Shown here one piece after another: positions 38,654 to 50,622 of a DNA stretch of 64,000 bases (positions are counted from its first letter, which is position 1; the number at the start of each line of letters is the position of its first letter). The notes below the pieces were generated by a model, which worked only from the letters and a program-made list of their open reading frames with translations, had not been told where the DNA came from and did not search any database. Made by a program: the position numbers and the translations under genes. Where the stretch lies: the NCBI GenBank assembly GCA_964016885.1, contig OZ024741.1:338272001-338336000 (forward strand), read 5' to 3'. This DNA comes from Eledone cirrhosa (taxonomy: Eukaryota).

Positions 38654-38871
38654 AACGTAATCAAAATTTTACAATATTTTTTCCAAGATTCGATGGAGAA
38701 AAATTTTTTAAATGGATATTCCGCCCCTGAAGGGGCGAAAATGAGTTGACCCACCACCTGAAGGTCCAGACGGGGGGGTCAAGTTACACAATGATATAAA
38801 ATTGAACTAAAAACTCACGTTTTTTCCTTACATAAATTAACGGAAACTTCTCCGCGAAGTGACACACGACT

Positions 38872-38957
<86 letters not shown>

Positions 38958-39024
38958 CAGACAGAGAGACAGACGGACAGGCAGTTCAGACAGATATATA
39001 GATGAAGATAGATAGATAGATATA
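38872..39024. repeat. (GATA)n spacer 5 containing a 43-bp sequence (38963-39005) duplicated at 44961-45003
   Basis: AGAGAGACAGACGGACAGGCAGTTCAGACAGATATATAGATGA present at both sites. Confidence 0.93.
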
Positions 39025-42000
39025 TTTCTTTTTTTACCATAAAGGCATAAAAAGAAGGGACAAATACAAAGGGGGAGTTTACATACAATCGAGTAAAAAG
39101 GGTAGAAAATGAAAATAATCGAAAATAACCTCAAAAGGGAGGGGACGGGATGGGGGTTGCACACACCCCCGAAAAAGTGTGCAATCCTTTGCCCGGGGAG
39201 CACATGGAGAAGGTGCTCCCCTCTCCTTCACTTCTTTACCTACAGGATGGTATACAGAGAAGGCCCATTTACACGAGCCATTCTCGCCACTATCACCCAC
39301 CTTTCATAAAACTGCCTGTGGCCAAGCACCTCTCTCTCCATTCTTATCCTTCTTCCGAAGTGATATCGGAAGAAGTAGACCAGGCTATGGCCAGAGAGGA
39401 AGTTGCCTGACCTCAGACCTTTCAATCGTGTCCACCAAACAACCTCTTTTAACATGGCTATTACGCACAGAAAAACCGCCTTTGCTTCCTTTGTGAAGAG
39501 GGGAGGCGGTTTGATTGTCATCACGGACTCGGCGGTCAATCGAATCGGCGCCACCCGCCACAGCAATCGTTCGGCGTAGCCCCACAGATCAGCCACGCCC
39601 GGACATTGCACCAATGCGTGCGCAACGGTTTCTTCGTGACGCACGCATCTAGGGCAAAACTTTTTCGAGGGATCCCTACCCGGGCGCCCGTGTCTGTAGA
39701 GCCTCTCTCGAACGGGTAGAGCCCCCCGGTAGCACTGCCAGGCTAGTGACTTCTGGAAGTTGTCCATTGGTCCCGGGCCGAAAGTCCTACCGAACAGGCT
39801 GGCCAGTTTGTCCTCTTCCATGTCCAGCGACTCTCCAAGGGTGTCATCGACCCTGCTAGCCACCAGCCCTCTATAGAATGATGAGGTGGATTCTCCACCG
39901 ATGGCCTGGCCCGCTTGCCAAAGAGTCCTGAGCGCCTGAGCACACTCAGTGTGCCAGTCTCCCAGTTTTCCGGATCTTTGCTTGACCCAGGACTGCAGCT
40001 CGGTGAGCGAGACGAGTCTCGGAAAGGCTCGTTTGACGAACGGAGCCCACACCGGTTGACCAGTGAGGAATACCTGTATGTGCCGTAGCCTTAATGCGTG
40101 CCTACGCATCATCAACCACGGCATCCCCAGCCCTCCTTTCGAAGGTTGTTGGCAGCAGATGGATCTTCTCACCATAGGAGGGCGCTTCTTCCAAAGAAAT
40201 TGGAAGAGCATGCGTTCCATGGTGGTGAGTGTTTCCTTAGGGCAAGGCACGACAGTCAGGCGGTAGTAAGTGACGGACGCTATGTAAATGTTCGCCACCT
40301 CCACCCGGCCTTTTAGGGACAGCTTACACTTGGCCCATTTCTGGGTTAGTGCAAACACCTTGTTCGTAACCTCGTCCCAGTTCTTTTTCACCTGGAGGTC
40401 CGGTCCAAACCAGACCCCAAGCAACTTTACCGGGCCCTCCGTCCAGTGTCCGACGACACCGTCGGGAGGCATCGGTCTGCCTCTCCACGTTCCGAGTTGC
40501 AGCCCGATGGATTTTTCCCGGTTCAGTTTCGCTCCTGACAACCTTTCGTAATCCTCCAGTAAGGTACCGATCGCCTCGATCTCCGAGTCGGTCGATACCA
40601 TTACTGTTACGTCATCGGCGTAGGCCGACACCGTTTTGCTCAATCCTGGTTCCAGGGGGATGCCCTGCAACAACTCCAACTTCCTCAGTAAAGGCTCGAG
40701 AGTCAATACGTACAGAAGGGAGGAGAGAGGGCACCCCTGTCGAATGGATCGTGTGATTTCGAACGGCTTCGAAAGGTAGCCGGTCACCTTGATCCTAGAA
40801 CAGATGTGGTTGCTATGTAAGGCAGTGATCCAGCCTCTGAAAACAGGACCGAACCCAGCCGCCGCTAGCACCGCATCCAGGTAACCATGGTCGACCCTAT
40901 CGAAGGCCTTAGACTGATCCAAGTTGATCAGGGCCCCACCGAAGCCGGGTTTGTTGCCAACCCTCTCTATGATGTATCGCATGAGGTGGAGGTTATCGTG
41001 AATGGACCTGGATGGGATAGCACATGTCTGTGCATCTCCCACCAGGCCACCCACGACAAGCGCCAACCTCTTTGCTAACACCTTGGCCAAAATCTTTAAC
41101 TCTGTGTTTAGCAGGGTTATGGGCCGAAAATTATTTATACTATCTCCCTTGTTCTCGTCCTTTCTCACCAGCGTGACTACGCCCTTGGCTACAGAACAAG
41201 GAATTCTCCCGTTCTGCTGCCAATTGCAGTAGACCGCTTCGAGGAGTTCGGAGAAGAAGACCGGCATTGCTAAATAAAGTTCGTAAGGTACACCATCGAG
41301 ACCTGGAGATTTGCGTCTGCTGCATTGGCTCAGCGCATCCCCGATCTCATCAGCCGAGATTGGTCCCTCGCAGGACTCTGCCTCTTCGCTCGAGAGACGC
41401 GGCAGGCCGTCGAGGTATGGACCGAAATCCACGTCCCCGCCCGGACCCTCGCCTCCCCCGAATAATCGGGCAAAGTGCCTTTGAAAGGCCTCGCACATCT
41501 GCTTAGGCTCCCGGATCACCCGTCCATCTTCGTCTTGAAACGACCGGATGGTGGATCGATTTCCACTCTTAGCTTCTGTCACGCGGGCCCAGCCAACGGC
41601 TTTGGCCCCCTCATTACCTAGAGCACGTATTTTACTTCGAATGACGCAGCCTTCGTGCTTTGCATCGTAAAACTGGTTCAAGGCGGTCCTCGATGCCAGT
41701 ACTCTGGCCACATCTTCGCTCTTGATTGCCTCTTCTAATTTACCTGTTAATTCTTTCTCGTTTCTATTCCTATCGGCAGCTAACATCTTGCTATAACTTA
41801 TTGATTCTGTTTTAATGTCTCTTTTGAGAGATGCCCACCATCGGTTGTTGACGATTGCACCCTTCAACCTCTCCTTAACTAATCTGCTAATCCGGTTTCT
41901 GTAAGTCTCTTTTTTCCGGTAAAGATAAATTAAGTTTCCAGTAACCGGGACCCTGTTTATGTGTTTTCTCGAGATTGACTACGCAGGTCACTAATTTGTG

Positions 42001-44866
42001 ATCCGTGTAGCCAACCGTGAGCATTTCTGGACAGCTTAATATGTCCCTATCCTTACTTCTAACTAAGAATCTATCTAAGTACGATCTAGATTGACCACTG
42101 TGGTTCGTCCAAGTCCAGGTAGGCACAGTTGGAAAATCTAGTCGATATCTATCGACCAAGTTAAAACGGTCGAGTAACCCCTTGAGGCTGTTACACCCCC
42201 CTCTATTAGGACATGCTCCTGCATAGTCCCAACGTGCATCTAGGATGTCATTCCAATCCCCTGCTAGAAGCAGGGAACGCGACGTTCCCAGAAAAGTCTC
42301 CAAACGCTGGAAGAAGTCGGGCCGTTCAGCTCCGAAAGGGGAGTAGACGGCGACCAGTCTCAAGGCCGCACCTTCACTACTGCCAACGTCTAGCACCAAC
42401 AAACGACCCTCCGGGTCCGAGTGAACAACCTGTACGGCAAGACCCATGTGTTTTTGCAGCAGAACGACAACCCCACCCCCACCTCCAGGTTGACAGAGAG
42501 ATGCATGCACCTCAAAGTCATTGAAGGTAGGGGCCAGCTGCCGCACGACGCTGATCCGAGTCTCACAGATAACCATTACATTTATACCACATGACCTGAG
42601 GTCATTTAGAAGCTTTGCTTGCTTCCAAGTTGAACCCAGGCCACGTGCATTCAAACATCCTATTCTTAACACATCCATGTGGGCGGCAAAGCCAAAGGAG
42701 AGTGTAGTGACCTACCTTTCTGCTTCCCGGGGTTCGGGTCGCACGACTTCCATGGGGTCGGGGGTGTTGGGTGAAGGGGTGTCTTGTGGTGGTGTGGGGT
42801 CGTCAGTGTGTGGTGGGGTTGGGGTGTTTGGAGTTGTGTTGGGGAGGGGAAGGGGAAAGCTTTTTAGTAGGACGCGGTTTATGGGTTTGACAGAGGGTGG
42901 TCCTACGTCCTCCTTGAAATCCTTTTTTAGTTTTTGGTAGAGGTTCATTGGGATCTTTATTAATTTTAAATGTGGGTAGTTTTCTGAAGAAACAAAGTTT
43001 ACACATTCGGTTTGTACCGAAGGATTATTGTTTATGAGTTCATTTAATTTATTATTGTTTCTGTTGATGTAAGTATAGTGTAATGTCTTTTTTTCGGATG
43101 GTGTGAGTGTTTCGAAGAGGGGAGGGGCAGGTTTGGTTTTGTTTGTTGCTGGAGGGGTGTTTTGTGTTTTGTTGGATTGTGTTGACATTTGGGTGGGGGT
43201 TGTTTGGCCTTGTGTGTTTTGCACATGTTTTCTTTTTTTCCTTTTAATCTGTCTGAAGGACTCCGTTTCTTCCTCCGAATTCGTTGGGTTATCTTCAGTG
43301 TTGGAGGGAAGAGGTATGTTTGCTGGTAATGTTTCCGTGTTGGTTTTCTTTGTGGGGGAGATGGATGTCACTATGTTAGACTGTGTTATGTGTTGTGGCT
43401 GCGGTGGTTGTGTTGTTTTATTGAGTGAGGGGTTGGGTGGGCCTGTATTTTGTTTTGGGGTAATATGTTGTGACTGTTTGTGTTGTGGTGGTGGTGTAGT
43501 TTTACTGAGAGACGGGTTGGGTGGGACTGAGTTTTGTTGTTTGTTTATCTGTTGTGGTGGTGGTGGTGGTGGAGCTGGTGTTGGTAGCAGGGTTTTCTTT
43601 TTGTTGAGTTGGGGACAAGCCGCCTTCAGGTGCCCTCTGCCTGCATAGATATGACAGGACGGCCTTCTCCCCTCCACGCTAATGTTTATATACCCGTGGC
43701 CCTCTAATAGGATTCTGTCGGGTATTTGGGCGATGCGTTCAGGCTTCATTTGCACTACAAGTTCTATACCTGTTCCACTGAACGCATTGCCTGTGGTTTT
43801 CCCAATGGAAATCACGTTGTCATTCGCTGGATAGATGAAGCCAGCTATGAGCCAGCAGTAGTCCACATCTGGCATCATTGCATCCAGCCATATGCGTTGA
43901 GTTCTTTTACCCATATAAGATGGATAAAAGGTAAAAAATTTCGAACGAATCGGTGACAAAGCACATTTTTTGGCCGCCGATTCGTTCTTCATAATAATCG
44001 CTAGGCTTCCATACAGTCTGTCTTTTCTTATGAAAGTGGTTTCATTAAGTACTTCTGTAAGTACTGTTTTGATTTCTGTTTGAGTTGGCTGTTCAGGTTT
44101 TTTAGAAATGTTGTTGATGGTGCGGAAAACGACTGTTCGACTTTCAATGTCTTTGGTGAGTTCTTGAGGCATTTTTATCGATAAAATACCATTTTCTCCT
44201 TCAGTTATGTATTGTTTGGCGTCTGCAATTCTTTGTGCCACATCTGAAATATTTTCAGGTATATATGTCAAAGATTTCTTTGTTGTTTGTGCAAATGAAA
44301 TATTATTGGTGTTGACTTTGTCGTCTGCATTGCTTTCTGTTATGATGTTGTTTTCAAATGTTATTTTTGTGTTTGTCGTGTCTTTGTTTGTGGTATTAAT
44401 ATTGTCATGCAATTTTTCAAATTTTTTTTTTTTCGTTGTTGGAATCCATGTCCAGATTTGTGTTTTCGTCATTTTTCTCCGCAGATTCGTCTGTTTTTAT
44501 TTTAATTTTTCTTTCCTTCTCTATGACGTTAGTTGGGAAGGAAGGGGGGACTAAAGCGTGCGAGCTTACAACTCTTACTGCTGTCCCCCCCCCCCCCCCC
44601 CCCCACTATTTTGGTTAGCTTCGTTTAACATTTCTGTCAGACGATTGAAATTTTTTATGCCATAAAATTTTTAAAAACAGGTTTTTCACCCCTAGGAGGG
44701 GTAAAGATGAGCTGACCCACCGCCTGACAGTTCAGACGGGGGGTCAAGCTACACAATAGTATCAAAATTAAAATTGAACTTACAAAATTTCCGCAATAAA
44801 TTTGAACAAAACTTCTGCGCGAAGTGAATTACATCTACGCTGTAGAACAGACGACAGCTAGATTTA
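39025..44866 (-). mobile_element. Tx1-like element F: full length; ORF2 (39240-42678) with a +1 frameshift in a homopolymer near 41910; ORF1 (42712-~44631) frameshifted near its 5' end
   Basis: Endonuclease ORF 41887-42678, RT ORF 39240-41867, ORF1 586-aa open part; ORF1 knuckle mutated (CHIYAGRGHLKAAC). Confidence 0.94.

Positions 44867-44962
<96 letters not shown>
44867..44962. repeat. (GATA)n tract at the array boundary
   Basis: Direct reading. Confidence 0.95.
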
Positions 44963-44963
<1 letters not shown>

Positions 44964-45089
44964 GAGACAGACGGACAGGCAGTTCAGACAGATATATAGA
45001 TGACTTCAAACTATAAAAATTACCAATGTTCTATCATTGATCACAATAACCCTGCAATTTCTTATATTTGCCTCTGTTTGATTTTACAG

Positions 45090-45172
45090 GTTGCAGAAAT
45101 CACAGTAAGATGAATAAATCACCCCTAGGAGTCTCTCTTCTTGGATTGTTGATAATCAGCACATGGTTATAA
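45090..45172 (+). CDS. Probable terminal exon of the CBM14 gene with a hydrophobic, GPI-signal-like C-terminus
   Basis: Acceptor CTCTGTTTGATTTTACAG|G; in phase 1 reads (G)CRNHSKMNKSPLGVSLLGLLIISTWL*, compatible with the donor at 9429. Confidence 0.55.
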
Positions 45173-45174
45173 TC

Positions 45175-45287
<113 letters not shown>

Positions 45288-45289
45288 AT

Positions 45290-45495
45290 AATGGTTTCTT
45301 ATATAGGCACAAGGCCAGCAATTTTGGGGGATGGAGAAAGTCGATTAAATCTGGTACTTTATTTTATCGACACCGTAAGGATGAAAGGCAAAGTTAACCT
45401 CTGCGGGTTTTGAACTCAGATCATAAAGGGCCGTAACTCTATGCTGCATGGCGTCCGACCCTCTAACGATAATAATAATAATAATAATAATAATA
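45290..45495. mobile_element. SINE-like repeat with (TAA)n ends
   Basis: Same family as 3672-3835. Confidence 0.6.
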
Positions 45496-46200
45496 CAAGG
45501 ACGAATGGTTACTCCTTCATTATGTTTGCTAGCAGAAAAACCACCCTCGGGTGGTTTTCTGCTAGCATGTGTAGTGTGCTATACGCAAGTATACATGCAT
45601 GTATATATGATACATCAAATCAAATCGTAATTGACAATATAATCAGTAACGTAATCCATGACACATTAAAAAAAGACGATATTATATATAAACTGTATTA
45701 GGAGAAAATTAGTGACGGAAATATATGAATGTTTATTTAAGTGATCGCTAACCAGAAGTGTTGACATTTGAAAATGTTAAAGAAGTGAATCTTTAAATAA
45801 GGAATAAAATATATTTAATCAACAGCTACGAAAGTTAGTAGATAAATTATGTAATATTCATTCATTATCCCGCCGGGGTTATGCTTTTCATCCTTATGGG
45901 GTCGATAAAATAAAGTACCAGTAATACACTGGGTATTTGCTGGTCTTCTGCCAAGAGTAGAAACAATTATTTATTCAAAGTAATCCAACTTATTTTACTA
46001 ACTAGATGAAAAGAAATAAACCGTATGCAATCCTGCATTCCTTGCTTTATTATAGTTTAGATTGGTTGGTGACGCGCATTTCGCTACTGATCAGCTCAAG
46101 GTTCGATCTGTATCGATCTGGACCGACTCTAGAATCAAAAGCTCGTCGGACCTCTGTAGTAGTAATGACAGAATCATATATATATATATATATATATATA

Positions 46201-47556
46201 TAAGTCGTTTGGAAGCCTCGACAATGCAGATGGGTAAATCTCCGGGTAACAAGATCCAGTGGTGGAGAGAGAGATGTAAGTGGGTGCACGTTGAGATGCG
46301 TGGCGTGTAGAAGACTGTAGCGTGTAGAAGAATGTAGGAAAGAGCGTAAAGGATAAAAATAAAAATAAAAACACGAGATAGAGTTACCTTGGGAGAGATT
46401 CAATTGTCCCTATATATTTCGGATTCACATTCAACTGGGGTTTTTCCGCGGGGGGGGGATGTTGTCTGTCGGAAAGGTGCGAAACGTGTCCTCCGCTGTT
46501 CGTTGTTTTGAATATCTGAGGTATTCAGCAGAGCGCGCGTGCGCGTGAAATGGGGTCGGTCAAGCAGAGGTCAGCGGCCGAAATAGTTCTTTCAATTGTG
46601 GGAGTGGGATGGCGCTAGCTGTCCGAAGACATGGCGAACAGAATCTATGAGACGTTCAACAACACGGACGAGAACATTGACTTCAGTGTTGAACACCCCA
46701 ACGACGACGGGTCACTTGCCCTCCTTGACTTCCGAATCAACATCACGGAACAGGGAGGGATCCACAGCAACTTCTACCGAAAGGCAGCCTGCAGAGACCT
46801 GTTCGTCCACTACAAGTCCGCCTTCCCTAACAATGCCAAAAGAGGATACATCACGAACGAGATCGCGCGAATCAAAAACAGATGCAGCGATCCCGCGAGT
46901 GGTGTCACTCATACCAAGCGATTCCTCGAGGTGCTGGAGACGAACGGGTACCCTACCTCGCTCACAGACAGAGTAGGAGACGCCAGACACAAGAGACAGA
47001 GAGGCACCCAAGGCAAGTGCTTCTTTAAAATGCCACACCTGGGCGAGAATACCACCAACGCTATCCGCAAGGCTATACGGAGGGAGGGCCTCGACATCCA
47101 CCTGGCCCACTCGGGCTCCTCCCTGCGAAGATGCCTCTCCAGGAAACCCGGGAAATCAACTGACGCGTGCTCCCTCAGGACTGCCCGATGCGCCATGCGA
47201 ACTGTTGCCTACGCACATACGTCGTGTATAAGATAGAATGTAACAAGTGCAACCAATACTATATAGGTAGCACAATCCGGCCGCTGCACATCCGGATCAA
47301 GGAGCACACTAACACCAGAGCCTCGTCTTTCCGGAAACACATAGCCAAATGCGGAAACAAAGACGGAAGGCCCATTGTCCCAATTCTAGCGACAGAAAGA
47401 AACGTCGGCACATTACGTATCAAGGAAGCACTTTGGATCAAACGCCTAGGGCCACAATGAAACAACCGATCCGAGAGAAGCGAAATGAGGTGGATGGTTT
47501 AAGTTAACAAACGATGCAGCAACACACGCACACACACACACAAGCGAGACAGCAAC

Positions 47557-47598
<42 letters not shown>

Positions 47599-48190
47599 GA
47601 ATTCCACCATACGAACATACTACACTGCCAATACATAGGAACAAGGCAAGAACACACGCACACACACACACACACACACACAGTAACATTCACCAAACAG
47701 GCAGAGAATACTATCGACTGACAGCTGGCGCCACCCCACTCCCACAATTGAAAGAACTATTTCGGCCGCTGACCTCTGCTTGACCGACCCCATTTCACGC
47801 GCACGCGCGCTCTGCTGAATACCTCAGATATTCAAAACAACGAACAGCGGAGGACACGTTTCGCACCTTTCCGACAGACAACATCCCCCCCCGCGGAAAA
47901 ACCCCAGTTGATGAATGTGAGTCCGAAATATATAGGGACAATTAAATCTCTCCCAAGGTAACTCTATCTCGTGTTTATATTTTTATTTTTATCCTTTACG
48001 CTCTTTCCTACATTCTTCTAGACGTTACAGTCTTCTACACGCCACGCATCTCAACGTACATCCACTTACATCTCTCTCTCCACCACCGGATCTTGTTACC
48101 CGGAGATTTACCCATCTGCATTGTCGAGGCTTCCAAACGACTTAAAGAAATTTACCTTATTATTCCACAATGCTTCAAGCAAACTTCAAT
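46201..48190 (+). mobile_element. 5'-truncated Penelope-like element with ~424-bp inverted repeats (46201-46623 / 47720-48144)
   Basis: ORFs 46631-47236 (LALLDF.I, FYRK, NGYP) and 47167-47460 (VVYKIEC..C..YYIGST.R.LH.RIKEH...IKEAL). Confidence 0.9.
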
Positions 48191-48191
48191 A

Positions 48192-48262
<71 letters not shown>

Positions 48263-48264
<2 letters not shown>

Positions 48265-50622
48265 AAATGAAAATCCGAAGGCAAGGTAAAATTTCCAATC
48301 ATTTTAATCACGACACATGTTTCAATCAGAGAACTTAGAAAAAGCTACTGAAAAACTACACGGGCCAACTACGGAGGCCAATAGTGTCATGACTAAACTG
48401 GGTATTGAGGATAAAACCGAACCCTTCCACCCTAGAACTCCGAGGATTTTGTTGAAGCACCACAAATTAAACTTTGAATCATCAAGACCTGTCAGGCTGA
48501 TAGCCCCTTCGAAGTCGGACATAGGAATCATGAGTAAAAACATCCTTGATAAAATTATGCCCACTCTAGTTATGAGATCGAAGATTAAATTATGGTCAGG
48601 AACAGCGAGGTAATTAACTGGTTTGAGAAGTCGCAGAATAAGAACAGCACTAAGTTTATACAGTTCGATATCTCTTAACTACTATTCTTCGATCTCTCCA
48701 ACTCTTCTAGGTAGGGCCCTAAATTTTGCTACCTTACACACCAACCTTACATCTGAAGAAATTAACATTATTCTCCTAGCTAGGAAAACCTTAATTGAGT
48801 CCAACAGTGACTTGTGGACCAGGAAGGATTGGGCGGACAATTTCGACATCACCATGGGATCCACGGACTCGGCCCAGGTGACGGATCTGGTGGGCCTTTA
48901 CTTCCTCGACTGTCTCTCAGTGGAAATGCCCCACTTGCGAGGCGGCGCTTACCGTGACGACGTTTTGTTTACTGTGTCGTTCCGTAATATTAATATGGTA
49001 GAGAGGGTGAGGAAAAAAACTAAGCAAATTCTTTAAGAACATAGACCTAAGTATAGTATTTGAAGAGAACTTAAAGATAGTTAATTTTCTAGATGTTACA
49101 CTTAACCTCAATTCAGGACTCTTCCAACCCTACCACAAACCCAATGAGAATTTAAACTATGTCAACGCTAAATCGAACCACCCTAGAATAGTCACTAACG
49201 GTATTACTAAAAGCGTCTCTAGTAGAATTTCTGGACTATCGTCCAATGAAGATACCTTTAATAGGATCTCGAATTACTATAATAGCGCGGAGCATAGCGA
49301 GGGAATCTCATTCAAACGTCCATTAGATAGTAGTAGCAACATTGCCTGCTATAGCTTAGGCCAAAATAGTGACACTTCTGTTAACAGCAGGCGGGATACG
49401 AGGGAGTATCAATATAGACTTCATGTTGTATTGCCTCCTAGTCCCAATGGAAACAACCACCCAGGTACTAACACGGGGTCAGAGCACCGTAATGCCAGCG
49501 GAAACTCTAATTGTAACCTTAATTCTAGAACTGATAAAACGACCGTTGAACGTAAAATGGAACGAGGGTCGAGTAGAGGGAATAGGGATAAATGTAGCAG
49601 GAGCATAGTGGATTTAACCCCGGCTATCGATGGTAATCCAAATGGCTGCACGGGGGCACACCGCCCCGGACACTTGGGACGATTCCGAACACAATCGGGA
49701 CACCCCAGGACACCCCCGATCCACAGGCAGTTTTCAGTTATAATAGACCGGTAGCTACTAAGGAGACAGGTACCTCTAATATAGATAGTAAGAACAAGAG
49801 GCATCGGACCAGAAAAATCCTGTGGTATAACCCCCTTACTCCACTGGCCTGACCACTAGTATAGCTAAGCTTTTCTTTAGGGCCTTAGACAAATGCTTCC
49901 CTAGATCACACAGATACTATAAAATATTCAATAGGAATGCCATCAAACTGTCCTACTCCACAACCAGTAACATAGCTCAGAATATAGCTAAGATGAATTA
50001 TAGTAGACTTAGGACAGGGGGGGGATGAGACATGACAGAACTAATGGCAGCTCTATGGATGAACGGACTCATACACGTGAGGCGAGTCAGGTCACACCAA
50101 CACCTGAGAACTTACTCATAGAGCAGACAAGAACTGAGACCCGACCCCAAATGTACCGTGGCTCCTCTGGAACTACTCAGGTCGATAACAGAAAATGTAA
50201 TTGCAGGAACACCGCCACTTGCCCCATGGCTGGGAAATGCCTCACCAAAAACATAGTCTACGACTGCAAGGTCTCCACTCTCGATAGATCCTTCAGGTAT
50301 GTTGGGGGAAACTGCCACTGAATTTAAGGGTAGATGGTATAATCACCGCCATACCTTTAATAGATTAGATAAAAAAAATAGCACGGCGCTTTCTGAATTA
50401 GTCTGCAAGCTTAAACAACAGAATATAGAGCACTCCTTATCCTGGTCCATAATTTGCTCAGCCCAGCCTTATAACGGCAGCACGGGCGTTTGTAATTTGT
50501 GTATAGCTGAAACCTTTAATATTATTAGAGGCGGCCCCCTATTAATCAATAGGAGAGCGGATTTTTTCAGCAACTGCCAACATAGAACCTCGAAAACCTT
50601 CCGCAGGATTTTTGGGAAGTAA
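48263..50622 (+). mobile_element. Degenerate Penelope-like element (RT + GIY-YIG), related to 10838-11761
   Basis: PVRLIAPSKSDIG, ITMGSTDSAQVTDLVGLY, YRDD, VNFLDVTLNL, KSNHP, CNCR..CPM.GKCL..NIVY, CNLCIAE. Confidence 0.88.

Larger units (their letters stand above)
33041..38871 (-). mobile_element. Tx1-like element E: full length, both ORFs intact
   Basis: 5' UTR, ORF1, 33-nt spacer, ORF2, 3' UTR with AATAAA and TATC tail. Confidence 0.95.

Noticed and set aside
18000-44600. Recurrent plus-strand ORFs within the array (e.g. MDLDGIAH..., MRNTCRCR...)
   Set aside because: Antisense shadows of conserved GC-rich ORF2 and of low-complexity ORF1; they recur only because the elements do.
17343-44962. 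Array as a telomeric (HeT-A/TART-like) or CRISPR-like structure
   Set aside because: It is interstitial with ordinary sequence on both sides, has no TTAGGG repeats and no repeat-spacer or cas features.
47900-47945. Hammerhead-like TTGATGA...CCGAAATATATAGGG, and a partial motif at ~46068-46100 (-)
   Set aside because: Core or stems incomplete; a full fold could not be built.
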